A DNA stretch of 61,130 nucleotides, the filler included, from Gonapodya sp. JEL0774 (Eukaryota), in assembly GCA_027604505.1 (NCBI GenBank). It is 5 parts of 5 records of this genome, joined end to end, with 100 filler letters (N's around TTAATTAATTAA, not from the genome) between each part and the next. Parts side by side here need not be neighbours in the genome. Positions count along the whole stretch, not along the records: positions 36,833 to 48,946 come from JADIIX010000346.1; positions 49,047 to 61,130 come from JADIIX010000347.1; 3 more parts are not named here. One strand, 5' to 3'. The translations under genes were made by a program, and so were the position numbers. Under the pieces are notes generated by a model. It saw only the letters and a list, made by a program, of their open reading frames with translations, made no database searches and was not told where the DNA came from. Below, piece by piece: positions 38,068 through 50,752 of the stretch. Position 1 is the first letter of the stretch; each line of letters opens with the position of its first letter.

Positions 38068-40023
38068 TCAAGCGTTGTACAGAAATGGCTTCCGAAACGG
38101 CAACGAAAAGTAACTGTCATATGATGCATCCACGCACTTCCCTCCACCAGTTGGACCAACATGAGCACAATGTATCTCCGGCCTAAAGAATGCAAGATTC
38201 ACATGGATGCTCCGACACTGGACATTATCCCCCTTTATTTGATCTCGATCACCAAATTGCTTCACCGATGTCAAATCTGTGATGCACACTGGCTGACCTG
38301 GACCACCGTATACTTGATTGGCACCTTTGCAAACCACTTCTTGCGCAGAGCAAACCGCATTTGCTCTGTGTCAAAAGAGCGCTGTCAAATAAAGCACATT
38401 AGGCAAGAATGTGCTTTGCAATGTACTCACAGTGCCGGCTGAACAAGCGATATCGGAAGACCCAAGCCAAGAAGAGTGAAAAATGGCACGGTGTTTTGAG
38501 TGTGAACATCGTCTGCAAGAAACACAAAATTCTTTCATAAAAGGATTACCCAGATAATACAAAGTCTGGAACACTTACATGCAGAGACAGACCACATTGA
38601 TCTGTCAAAACGCCAGAATCCCTGGATGCGGAGCGGATAGAAGCTTCCCGTAACGGTGTTGAGCATCACCAAGTCCAAGCTTGTCGATGCAATGTCACCA
38701 GTCTGAACAAATGCATGTACGTAAAACCTTTTTACCACGGGTATTAACCCCGCGGCGGTGTTGGACGCATTGTGGCTTCCAAAGATCCCAAACTGATATT
38801 CAACTGTGTCTTCGGTGTTATTGAATTCTCCGATCGGCGAGACTCGCCCTCCAGTGGAGTTTGCAAATGTCCGCGGTGGGACTTTGCCGGCAGAGATAAT
38901 AGCAAGATTATTGGGGTAAACCGTGAGATTGTAAATGTTGAAAATGGTGTTGTAAGTCTCGTTGTATGCTATAAAACGGGATTTAGGCTCCGAGCGACTT
39001 GGAAGATCTGTGAATGTGGGACCGAGTGGCTCGAAGTACGATGTATAGTTGAAAGGAGTGCAACGGTTGCCTCCAGTTGGACCCAAGTTCAAGCAGTGCG
39101 CAGATTTCCGTAGTGGAGCAAGATTAGCCTCCAATGCGCGACAGAGTATATTGTCGTCAGCAAGGAGTGATGCTTCTCCAAGCTGCTTGAGCGCAAGTCC
39201 AACTTCGCAGGTGTTCATGGGCCATGGGGAATCCGAGCTGTTGCCACAAGCACTGCGTATCACAGGGCACGCTTTGCCAAGAATTCCACTCGCCGAGGGG
39301 GATCCCCACAGCTCCTTGAAGTACGCATTCATGTTGATGAAGTACAGGTCATACAGCCACACCCTGGAGAGTGCTTGATCGTCTGCAAATCGAAACATTC
39401 CCTGTGCACGAATGTATTTGGTCGCATTGGTGGTCGGATGGTGCGTGGTGAATTCGATGAAAGCATGGGCAACAGCTCCAGTGCCTGCAAATGCGGAGAT
39501 GTTGAAACCCGTGATTGGGGGAAAGAGGTTGAATGACGTGTTTGGCGAGTTGGAACCGAAAGAACCGTAGAGGTAATCTAAGGTGTCGTTGATGTTCCTC
39601 ATGCGCCCGAACGGTGATATCCGTCCCGTGACATTCGCTGTGAAAGTGCCAGGAGGGACACTGCGGGTTGTGAGCACTGCCGCTTTGTTGGATGAAATCT
39701 ACCACGGTGAGGCAGAAAAAAAACCGCCGTATTCGTAAGAAAATGCACCCAAGATCCTTGGTCGCAACCAGTCCTGGAGTCCAGTGGCACCTGTTGTCTC
39801 CTTAGCTCGGCTAACTCACTGTGAACTTCATTATACGTTTCAGGGTCTCCAGATGCCGTTGATACAGTACTTGTTCAGAAAGTGAAGCAGAGCTCCCCAA
39901 GCTGTCGTTGTACGTCGGCATCACGTATTCCGGAGCTGCTGAAGCAGGTCGCACAACATGGCTAATGATCAAGGCGAGGACCGCCGTGACGGTTGTGAAT
40001 GGTATCGAGGACCAGATCCGCAT
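38068..40023 (-). CDS. Secreted protein with two tandem copies of an uncharacterised Cys-rich domain
   Basis: Signal peptide MRIWSS...ASA. Repeated motifs GR(I/V)SP.G......DT..Y.(Y/F)G and CR....NLA..R...HC...GPTGG..C. Confidence 0.8.
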
Positions 40024-41971
40024 GATTGAATGTGCATAGTGGAGTTATTTTCTTTTATGTTTTTGCACGCCGGTGGGATACTTCGATCAATCTTCATCTT
40101 CGTGGCTCCTGCTTGGATATCACAAGAACGATAATATATGCAACACGCACCAAGCTCCGACAAAAATTGACCTCCATTCTCTGCATATTGCCTTCGCGCA
40201 CATCATTGGCTTTTTATTACTCCAAAATCGTCTGAAATGTAGTTGTGTTTGACTGAGCCTTGCTTAGAAGTACAATATTCAGACGCCCTTGGAGGTTGAT
40301 TCTCTGAAGGATCGAACAGTGTCGTCTGCACATGAGTCAAATTGTGTTCTTGCTGTATATCCCACCTCTCCCCTGTGATTGCGTTCACTATTCGCTCTAC
40401 TATAGCTATCTGGCATTCGTCGATGTGCTTTCCAAAGATGAGACCGGGCAGCCAGCGCGGCGGCCGCAGCAGCAATAGCAGCCTGAGGTATATTCGTTAC
40501 CTCCTCTGCAGGCGGGACCCGAAATAGACGCGGAGTATGTTGCTGAGGTACTTTTGATACTTGAGTACTGGATGTCGATTTGGTGTTCGACTTAGTGTGC
40601 ACGAGCGTGAATGCTTCTGTAATCCAGTCTGCAAAGCTTTCGATTGCTGGTTGAGGTATTCGCGACAGTGCACCTATGCTCGACACTCTGGGAGGTAGTG
40701 CAGGTGCTGCCGGCGGTACTGACACTGGCTGGAAGTGAGCTTTGGATTCGAACGGAATGAATGTGGGGGGCGCTGCCGCCGACGGGAGCCGCAAAGAATG
40801 TCGATCCCGCCGCTCGTCACAAGAAACTCGTCGGATGACATGCGAGGAAAGCAATGCGGATGGTGATTGTGATCGTTGAGGAGTATTCAGCGATTTTGAC
40901 CTGCGGAGCAAGTGCGGTGGTGCGTCGTGATAACTTGGGAAGCCCACATCATGATGAATTGTTGGGTTTGGAGAATCAAAGGCCCGTGATGCCGGAAGGG
41001 CAGATATAAAAGATGGAGCAAACGAAGCCGAAACTGGGATGTACGCGACGAATTCCGGATCCGCTGCGGGTTTGGAGCACTGTCGAAGCCTCGAGCTCTT
41101 GTGATCGGAGGATGGACCAGCTGAGCGCGACCGCACAGATGAGAAGAAAGTTCTTTGCGGGACGTCAATTGTGCTCCGAGTTCGACGTAGCTGGGCATGG
41201 AATACCATTTTGAGAGGGGATTTTCAACACATGAGTGCAGTTCAAAAGGGGTCCAGGTTGCCCCGCCCGGCAAGATCACTTGCAGGCAGGTGGCTTTGAG
41301 CAATATGAGAGGAATCTTACAACATGAGAATGAGAGGGTACGAGAATTGCAATATCAGAATTGTCCCTCAAAGGAGTAGGATGTCCGGCACGGGAGTGTA
41401 GTATAACTAACTTGTAATCACGCAATCGAGGAATTTAGAGTTGTGGTGGCACCAGTCTGAAATTATCTAGAAGAATATAAGGTTGCCAGAACGAAGCTGA
41501 CAGACTGTTTCCGGTGATGCATCCAGCTCTCAGCCAACCGCCAATCCTTTGACCTGGTGCATGTTTTGTCCCGTCATCAGTCTGGGAGCATTGAATGTGA
41601 CCCGCTTGCAGACAAGACCTTCTGTCGCACTGTTCAGCACTTAGTACGCCTCTGCCAACCTCAATTTATTGAGCACTCGCATACTCATTGCTACTCTTTA
41701 TAAACAACACACAGTGGATCCTATCTGCTGAAGTATACACAATCCTATGGAAATACATATATTCATTTTTTCATCACAGAATGCACTCGGTGGCATCTCA
41801 AAATCTCTGTTAAATGCTCCGTTGGGGTTCAATACGTACATGTGCGCCAAGCCTGTAGCGGAAGCATCCGGGCGCATGTCATCCAACCTGTGACAGATCA
41901 AAGTCCGATTAGCGACCGACTCATCATTCACAAATGAATTCAAGCGAGCTCCAAACTGACCTTTTGAGTTC

Positions 41972-43559
41972 CTATAGCACTTCCATCTTCACAGGTGTTT
42001 GGAAATCGGTCTGACGATTACCATGGAATTTGATGATCCCAGATACAGGTGAGGGAGTAGACTCCAACGTTTTGCTGATTGTGGTATGAACAGTGAGATG
42101 CACATGTGGCGAGTTGGAACCAGCGCTCGACGGTGCTGAATCAGTGGACGAAATCATTGGAAGAGTACACCCGGAGGGGCAGATCTGGTTCAGGGATAAA
42201 TGGGAGAGAGGAAAGATTCCCGAAGCATTGGCTCTGTGGGTGCAAGCGTCATTGTACTATTGTGTGAATAATCCTCCTCATTTATGCTCTTGTTCTGATT
42301 TAGGGTCACAGAGCCCCATCCATCGGAGAACGACACATTCACAAAAACAGGATCGCCAAAGGATAATTGCGGTACATCTGAGCGCTGCGGAAGAAAATCG
42401 GCCACCACCTGGGTGACTGCTTGGACACGGACGTACTTGACATCCCGTGCCAGGGGTGTTGGTGTTTCAGCGCCACGAATGACCTCGTCCCCGTCCGACA
42501 GCATGAGAGGCGAGCCTCTGGGGGCGCTTGGCGGATTCAGTTTGCGCTTCTTGGCGTTGGTGATTACATTCTCGCAGGGAACTGCTGTGTCGTGGGCTAT
42601 TTGAGTCTCAAGCTCGGATGCTCGAAAGCTGTCGACACATACCTCTCTCGCTGACTGATATCGGACTGCAGTGCGGCATTCGTCGCTTGAAGCTCTTCGA
42701 TGGTCTTTTAAAGCTTGGCTATTCTCTCCTCATCGGAGGCTTCCCGCGAATCGGTTGCTACAGATCGTGCTGTGAGTCCCTGGATTTGAATGACTTGATC
42801 GATCACTGTAGTGTCTGTAGAAGCACGCCTGGACATTTGAACCGGATCGGGAGACAATGAATGGTGGCGTGACGATGTGCTTGGGGTATAGAAGTAGATG
42901 CCCTTCTGTGCTCTGCAAGAAGCTTCGCAAATCGTTTATCAGGGAATGCCTTCGCGGCATCCATCCCACGGTCTGTCACGTTGGCGCCATTCTGAAGGAG
43001 CAACCTCACAATGTCCAAGTGAGGACTAAGATGAAAGTATTGTCTCGCATCCTCTTTAGTTTCTGGTTCTGAACGGTAGCTCGCCCACCACGATTGCTGA
43101 CTTTGAGGTTGCTCTCCAATGTTGGAAGTTTGTCGACGGTTCCGTTGCACCACACCGTTTTCCCACCTCGAGCTACAGAGAGGGTCAGCGCGTTGGGAAA
43201 TGAAGAGGTGAGTCTCCATCGAGAATTATCATTTGTTTCGGGGTCCAAGTCTTCACAGCGCGCTTCCAATATTGGGTTCACCATTCCACCTCGGCATTTG
43301 CATCTGCACCATGTTGTAGAAGCAACGCTACAGCATCCACGTGTCGGTGAAAAAAGGCAAGTGCCAGAGCGCTTTCGCATTCAATTGTATCAGATTTCGT
43401 CTCCTCGCTACCATCCGCTGGATGTCCTGGAAATCGAATCTCGAGAGTGACTGCTTTCCGGGCAGAAGGGCATGCTCCCAGGGTGAGGAGACCTCGAACT
43501 TCATCGATCTTTCCAGATTCGACCACGTTGATCAACTGATGGTCCAACTCCATGGGCAT
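41972..43559 (-). pseudogene. Ankyrin repeat-coiled coil-SH3 pseudogene
   Basis: Ankyrin motifs ESALALAFFHRHVDAVALLLQHGADAN and HLDIVRLLLQNGANV, and SH3 VVADFLPQRSD...GDPVFVNVSFSDGWGS. In-frame stops (~43278, ~42708) and about three frame changes. Confidence 0.75.
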
Positions 43560-43949
43560 ATGTTGATGGTCGCCGGGGAAAAGACGTGACACACAAGCTC
43601 AGCCTCCCACTTCAACGACTATTGTTATCGAAAATTTGTACAACATTGGAAGAATCCTATCTGGTGAGTTTTCATAAGATTCTGTGATTCTATGTCTGGA
43701 ATATTAATGTCACAGATATATACTCCACCTGCACGTTCTACAGTCCTTTGCAATCGAGTACAATGCACTTCCCAAAGTAGCGATCTCTAGTAATAATTAC
43801 AATTTGGCAAGTCGGTTTGTCGTCAGATACAGTAAAACGCTGTGGTGCTGATAGACTCTGCGAGGCCCACATAAATCGTTTGCCACGCTGGCGCCGTGAT
43901 CCGACGATTTCCGCCCATTCACTATCGGGACTCCCCGTGGAACACGATA

Positions 43950-46900
43950 ATGGCAGATTTCATCGTGCATAATGTGGGCGCCATCCTTGGGGCATCCGGA
44001 CGTGAGTCAAATCAGTCGACAAAAGTTCCATCATTAGTCTTTCTCAAAACCGGCAATTACATCCGGTACCCAATTCACGTCACGTCTCCCGCCATATACT
44101 TTCAATGACGCGCTATCATTCCCACTACTTCCCCCTGTTTTGTCTTGAAAGTGGCTTTCCTCGGCGGTTACCATATCGCGAAACGCTTGAGAACTGCACC
44201 ACCCCCCTCCCGTGAAGAAGCGGAGGAAGTCGCTCGTCAACTCATTGCAGAGGAAGAACGTAAACGTAAGGGTGTGAAGGGAGAATCCTCATCGGTCAAG
44301 GCAAAAGACCGAAAAGCAGCCAGGCGAACAAGAGTTGACAGTGATGCCGCAGCAAGCGGGACTGATGGAGAGGCTATTGGTAGCACAGCGTCCGCCTCTG
44401 AAAGTGAGGTGAGTGGGTGTAGCTAAGGGAACAAAGTCCGAACGTATCCTCATCATCGAGAAGTATACCCCGGAACACAATCGTCACCACAAACTGAGAC
44501 TTGAGATAACAACATAACCCTTCCAGAAACACGTTCGATTTCTGTTGAAGTGGTGATCTCTAGTTTCGTGGATGAACTGACTTGCCCCGTCCCTCGCCTG
44601 GCGTTAGGCACTCTCCCGGTCCGCCGCTCGATCTTCATCACGTGCCATTCCTCAGTCCCAACCACAGCCCCAACCCCAAATAACCCGCGATCGGGAAAGC
44701 AACGACTCGGACTTGCTTCTTCTTGCCAACATCGCGAAACCGAAAGTCGTGGGGGTCCAGCCTGTGAAGGCACAAGCTGCGACCACAGCAACCCCGAAGC
44801 ATGCACAATCTCCTCCTGGCGAACCCGGGGGGTCGAAATCTGTCCCATCCCTGACATCTCCCTCGACAAAGCTGCCAACTCCCAAAGCGTCCCAATCCAC
44901 TGCCCCAGTCGTGAAACAAGCGGTCACTGACGACATTCCCATAAGGTCATCAAGTGCCGTGAAGGGACCCACGGTCTCGGAGCCTACCGCACAGAAAAAT
45001 GCATCAAGCGTTCCTAAAGACATTCCTCCTACCACAAGTGCTACCACTCGTGAAGGTACCTCAGCTTCCGTTACCGCGACAGTTGGCGAGTCAAAACATC
45101 CTACTGGCAGTGATCGCGGTCGCACTCCCTCTCCCGCCAAACCTTCTTCCTCCTCAGATGCCGCCATTCTGGCACGTATCGCTGCTCTTGAAAAGCAACT
45201 GGACACCCTCACATCCTCCAACACAGTATTAACTGCCCAACTTACCCAAGCTTCCGGCCAGGCCGAACGTGCAAAAGCCGACGTGAAGATCCTCAGAGAA
45301 TCCAACACCCAACTGCAAGCAGCCCTCGCTGCAAAGGTGGAGCAACTCCGAATCGCCAACGAGGTTGCATCGTCAAAGTCCACCGATGCTGCTTCAAAGT
45401 CCGACGAGACCAAGATCCAGCTCGAGAGGGCCGCAGAGGACACCGCGATGTGGAAGCGGAAAGCACAGGAGCAACACGAAGAAGCAGAAAGGTGGAAGGT
45501 GGAAGCAGGTCAGTGGGAGTCCAGGTTTGAGGGCAAAGTTGCAGAGGTGCAGGTAAGTCAGATCGGGTGAGACATACTGTCCTTCTGGAACAGCTCCGTG
45601 TGCATACTCTGAGTCTGCTCTCGTTTTTCCCACCACTCTCGCGCAGCACGCCACTCACCAGTCTACTCTCGCTGTTTCACGCCTCAACGAGCTTGCAGCG
45701 ACGCACGCCATGACCTCCGCGCAATCTGCGCAGCTCGCCGCCCAGCTAGATCGAGCTCACAGCCAGATAGCTGCTCAAGCGGGCGAGATCGCCCAGTTGA
45801 GAAGTCACATGGAGGCGGAGATCGGAAGAGCGAGAGCAGAGAGGGAAGGTGATGTTGGAGTATTGAAAGCCAAACTCGATGCTTCAGAAGCGGAGAGAAA
45901 AGCGCTAGGTGAAGACCATAAAGCGCTGAAGGAGCTGGCTGGCGGGTACGAAGCGAGCTCCAAAGCCGCCGATGCAGCCTTGGACGATGCGAGGAGGGAA
46001 GTTGAGGAGGAGAGAGAACGGAGGGTTGCCCTGCAGCACGAACTCCTCATGGAAAAGACCAAAATTGAAGAGATGAAAACTCTGGCAGACAGCTTGGCCG
46101 ACAGGGTGAAGGAGGCGGAAGAACGTGTGGCCGCTACCCACACTGAGACCGCTCGAAATCTCGAAGCACAATCCCCTGCAGCTGTGACGGCCGCTCTCGT
46201 CCCGGACGCTGCCGATGTGGCTCGCGTCGCCGAGCTTGAGAAACTTCTGGCGGTCGCAAAAGCGCGCGCTATCGAGCTTGATTGTGCCTTGACTGAAGAG
46301 CAAGCGGCGAAAGAACGTGGATTCGTCGAGTTGGAACTGATCAAGACGACTCTATTCGAAACTGAAGACAGAGTGAGGGCACTCGAGTCGGCGGCCGAGG
46401 ACCCAGCTATGGTCCAGAACATTGTGGTGCCATCTCCACGATCAGAAGATCTACTTGAGGGCCTAGCTCGTGCTGATGAAGGTCAAGGCGCCACTTCCAA
46501 GTACCTTGCGCAGGTTGTGGAAGACTTGTGGTCCACAAAGAGTGCTTTGTGGGGATTGACGGAGAAAGTCGCCAAAGTTGAGAAGGAGCGGGACTCGCTT
46601 AAAGCTGCAGTTACAGCGGCCACGGTTGCACCCGTTGTGGTGAAGCAAGATGTTAAAAATGACGCTGAAGCATTCGTGAACGCAGTGGAGGCTCACGAAT
46701 GGGCAACTCAGTACATTGGTCAACTGGCTGAAGACCTAAGGTCCGCGAAAGAAGGGGCAATTGCTGCAAGGGAAAAGCTGAGGGAGTCTCAAAAGGAGCT
46801 AGATGAACTCAAGAAGGCATCCGTGGACAAAGCCTCCGGTGTATCGGTCGCAACCTCTCCAGTTCGAGCATTGGTGAACGGTGACCATTCCGACAAACCG

Positions 46901-48039
46901 GTTTCCCCAACTTCCACAGAGCTCGCTGCCCTCGCTTCTCAACTTGCATCTTCACGCCTTGAGATCGATCAACTCCGGGGGAAACTGGAATCCGTTGGAC
47001 CGGTGTATGAGCGCCTCGAGGAAGCGAAGGCTACCCTAGCGGACGCTCAGCGTGCTGCGGGTGTCGCGCAAGATCGAGCGATCAAAGCCGAAGAAAAGTT
47101 GAGGCTCGAACGGAGCAAGATCGAACTCCAAGGTAGAGGTGCTGCGCCAGCGAGGGAGGAGGTGATGAGGGCGGCTGAGGAGATAGCAAAAGGGCAAAAG
47201 GAGCTCGCTGGTGCCGTCGAGAAGTTGGTGTCCGTGAGGGGAATCACGGGACAGGTACTCAATGGCGATGCAGAGAGAAAGACTCCAACTCCCGTGAACG
47301 AGAGCGTGGCCATGTTTGCAGCACAGGAATCAGGGATCGCTAAATTTCTGGAGAATGTTGTGGAGGAACTCGCTGTCGCAAAGCGCAGAATCGGCGTGCT
47401 CCAGTCAGAGTCTATATCCGAAACACAATCATCAGCGCAGCCCGATGTGTCCACCAGCAACGCTCTCGCTAATAAGGTCACACAGTTGGAACAAATCCTG
47501 GCCCACCAGCAGGATGCTCATATAGAGTACACTCGATATTTTGCCACTGTGGTCAGCTCGTTGGAGGGTCGTTTCGCCGAATCATCTGAGGCTTCCAAAA
47601 GGACAAAGCCCGAAATCAAGATTCCATCGTCAGGCTCAACCACCACAACATCCACGTCGGTTGCCACATCCCCTGTTCACACGTCCAACAAGATGTCTCT
47701 CGCTCTTCCAACCACTCGAGAAACAGGCCAAGGGACTCCAGAAGTGCGAGTCACCGATGCAGGGAGCGAGACTGAGGGTGTCGAGTTGACAGAGACAGGT
47801 ACCGGGTCGGGCACTGTTGGTACAGCTGAAATGGCTGCGGGCACTGTTGGTACAGCTGAAATGGCTGCGGGCACGGACGGGTTAGTCAGTCGTGGCGACG
47901 GAACGCTGACTCCCGATAGTATCGAGGTGAGTCAATATTCTGGGTCTGCAAACGGTTGCTCGTTTCTATGTCGAGGCTAAAGACTGTGCCTGTGATCTCA
48001 TTGTAGAACGGTGATATTGTCGGTGTAGGTACTGACTGA
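43950..48039 (+). CDS. Large coiled-coil protein with N-terminal membrane anchor (5 exons)
   Basis: Spliced MADFIVHNVGAILGASG|LAFLGGYHIAKRL, then a basic region, a P/S/T-rich region and >800 aa rich in E/A/K/L. GT-AG splices keep the frame to TGA at 48039. Confidence 0.8.
47809..47874 (+). repeat. 30-bp coding tandem repeat x2 (GTVGTAEMAA)
   Basis: GGGCACTGTTGGTACAGCTGAAATGGCTGC is repeated directly. Confidence 0.9.
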
Positions 48040-48352
48040 ACCCCAGAGAAAGCCCATGATACAAAGAACAAGATTCGAATCACATACCCAATCCCAATAC
48101 GCACTGATAACACACTTTCAAGGACAAGTGGGCAGTAGCTCCTCTCTGATGAAAAATAAGCGGACTTCTCAACGTGAAGAAAAATAAAATGCAAATATCA
48201 GAAATCGTTGTTTGTGCATTTTCTAAGGTTGCTGAATATAAGAAAGTACATATGCAAGGTAGCAACGGGGTTCCAACGAATGTTCGATAATGGAGGGCGT
48301 TGGTATGTCTCTGCAGTAGGCCCTTAGTTCCCAAACCAGTGACTCTGGTTAA

Positions 48353-48946
48353 TCACCAACCTTGACTGCGATTGCTAGGTCGTGGGCCTGCTGCAAACCT
48401 CTGCATCGAAGGCGAGGGAGGTGGTTGCTCGTTCCAATATTCGGACGTGGGCCGAGACTGTCCAGCTGTGGACGACGGAGCGGTGGACGGCGGGTATGTT
48501 TGAGGGGGATATGTTTGAGGGGCGGCGCGAGCCGACGCGGCTTCACCGCCAGGGACAAACTCGGGCAGAGAGTCGTGTCGAGGAGTTGGGGCCGGTTGAG
48601 AGTGTGTGGAGTTGGAGTTGCGGGAGATGGTCCCGCCGATAGGAGTGGGAGAGAGCGAGACGTGGGAGAGGGGGAAAACCCCCGAGGCGTGGCTGGCGGT
48701 ATTTAGTCCCTGCGTCGTAGGAATGGTTTCAAGCGACGGTTATAGGTCGACTTCAGAAAAAAATACTGCTAACAGATAGACACGAGAACTCACCGAACCC
48801 CATCCGTCGGAAAAGGCAAGATTGACAAACACACGATCACCCGTCCTCAAAAAGATTTCGTCCTGGTTCTCGGGATTGAAATCCGCCACGGTGAACATGA
48901 CGGCTTCAACTTTGGTCGGCGGCAGTCGCTCCCTGGAAGATTGCGT
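48353..48946 (-). CDS. SH3 domain protein, 3' part (5' truncated)
   Basis: VADFNPENQDEIFLRTGDRVFVNLAFSDGWGS|GLNTASHASGVFPLSHV, then a Pro-rich tail to TGA at 48353. This frame is not in the ORF track. Confidence 0.8.
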
Positions 48947-49046
48947 NNNNNNNNNNNNNNNNNNNNNNNNNNNNNNNNNNNNNNNNNNNNTTAATTAATT
49001 AANNNNNNNNNNNNNNNNNNNNNNNNNNNNNNNNNNNNNNNNNNNN
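48947..49046. other. Artificial contig linker
   Basis: N44-TTAATTAATTAA-N44. Confidence 0.98.
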
Positions 49047-50752
49047 GCCCTGTTCTGCCGCCTTCCTGTACCACACGACTGCCGTTCTGTCGTCTTTCTC
49101 CACGCCCTGCCCGTTCTTGTAGCTGACACCAAGGTTGTACTGCGCTTGTGCGTTGCCCTGCTCCGCCGCCTTCATGTACCACGAGACTGCCATTCTCTCG
49201 TCCTTCTCTACGCCTTGCCCGTTCTTGTAGCAAACACCGAGGTTGTACTGCGCATCTGCGTCGCCCTGGTCTGTGGCCTTCCTGTACCACGTGGCTGCCA
49301 TACTCTCGTCATTCTCCACGCCACACCCGTTCTTGTAGCAGAGACCAAGGCTGCACTGCGCATCTGCGTTGCCCTGGTCCGCCGCCTTCCTATACCACGC
49401 GACTGCCGTTCTCTCGTCCTTCTCAACGCCCCACCCGATAAGGTAGCAGACACCGAGGTTGTACTGCGCGTGTGCGTTGCCCTGGTCCGCCGCCTTCCTG
49501 TACCACGCGACTGCCGTTCTCTCGTCTTTCTCCACGTCCTGCCCGTTCTGGTAGAGGAGACCCAGGTTGCATTGTGCCACCGCGTCCCCTCTCATAGCTT
49601 TATCGTAGAGCCTTTTGGCCTCGTCATTATGAGGGGGAGTGAGCATTTGAATCTCCACCACAACCAGGTTTTTCAGGCATGTTACAAAGTCGTAGGGGGT
49701 GGGCCGTTCTGTGGGATCTTGATCCCAAGATTTGACAATCAGCTTGCGAAGGTCATGTGGCATGCTGCTTTGTCGCGACAGTTTAGGTCTTTCCCCGTTC
49801 CGAATAATATCCTCATAAACATTATGCCCCTTGTAGTCACTGTATGGCCTGGCACCATCGTTCCAGATCTACGGAGGAATGGGTATTGGATATTTGACTG
49901 AATTTCGTTTACTGCTTGGTGCTCACCGTACTGAAAATGACTGCGAGCGCGTACACGTCTCCACTTCTCGAGGGTGGTGACTGCATCCCTCCATTTGCAT
50001 GATATGAGAGCCACTCCCGTAGTCGCTCTGGAGGCAGATAGAACGCAGTCCCTGCACGTGTTTTATCCCCGGCAGACATCATGGTGGCTTCAGCGTTTCC
50101 TGCACGACGGACCTTTGCGAATCCAAAATCCGCCACCATCGGGGTTCCATTCTCGTCAATAAGAACATTTTGCGGTTTGAGGTCAGCATGTGTGACTCCG
50201 TGGTGGTGTATGTGTTGGAGGCCCTGGGCTGTTCCGAGCATCTGAGAGGGGGAAAATCCCTTTGGACTATTGGCCATACGCATACGTACACGAGATAGAG
50301 CTTACCAGTTGATACTTTTCGTGGTCGCTGAGTTTCCGTGACTCCAAATATCGCTGCATGTCTCCCATGCTAGCGTACTTACACACAAGGCATGGCTTCG
50401 AACCGTCGTAGAAGACGCCATACAGGGGGAGAATGTTTGGGTGCTTCGGAATGTTCCACCATATCTTGACTTCCTGGAGAAAGTCCTATGCCCTTCGTTT
50501 GAGTTACACCAGCTCCCGGCAGTAGAATGACCAAAAGGTGCAACATCGACTTACTCGGATACTATCTGCAGATGGTGATGCTGTGGCAAGCGTTTTCACA
50601 ACGACCTCCACGCTGGAACCCCACAAAGCGCTGCCTGGGCGCCACGTTGCCCTTACCGCTACGCCAAATCCCCCGACGCCAACAATGGACGCGGTGTGTC
50701 GAATGTTTTTGATGATTGTCGGATCGGTGGAACTAGGTTCAGTGGACAACAT
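49047..50752 (-). CDS. TKL-type protein kinase + Sel1-like repeats, copy A (>=5 repeats, 3' truncated)
   Basis: GVGGFG, VVVK, HADLKPQNVL, DFG, GTAFYLPPE and DVYA, then 36-aa GxAxAQYNLGVCYxxGxGVEKDERxAVAWYRKAADQ repeats. Confidence 0.9.

Noticed and set aside
40279..41208. 309-aa Ser/Pro/Arg-rich minus ORF
   Set aside because: May be a real disordered protein, but there is no domain or other support, so it is left uncalled.
44652..47481. Long antisense ORFs over the coiled-coil gene
   Set aside because: Shadow frames caused by codon bias of the sense gene.
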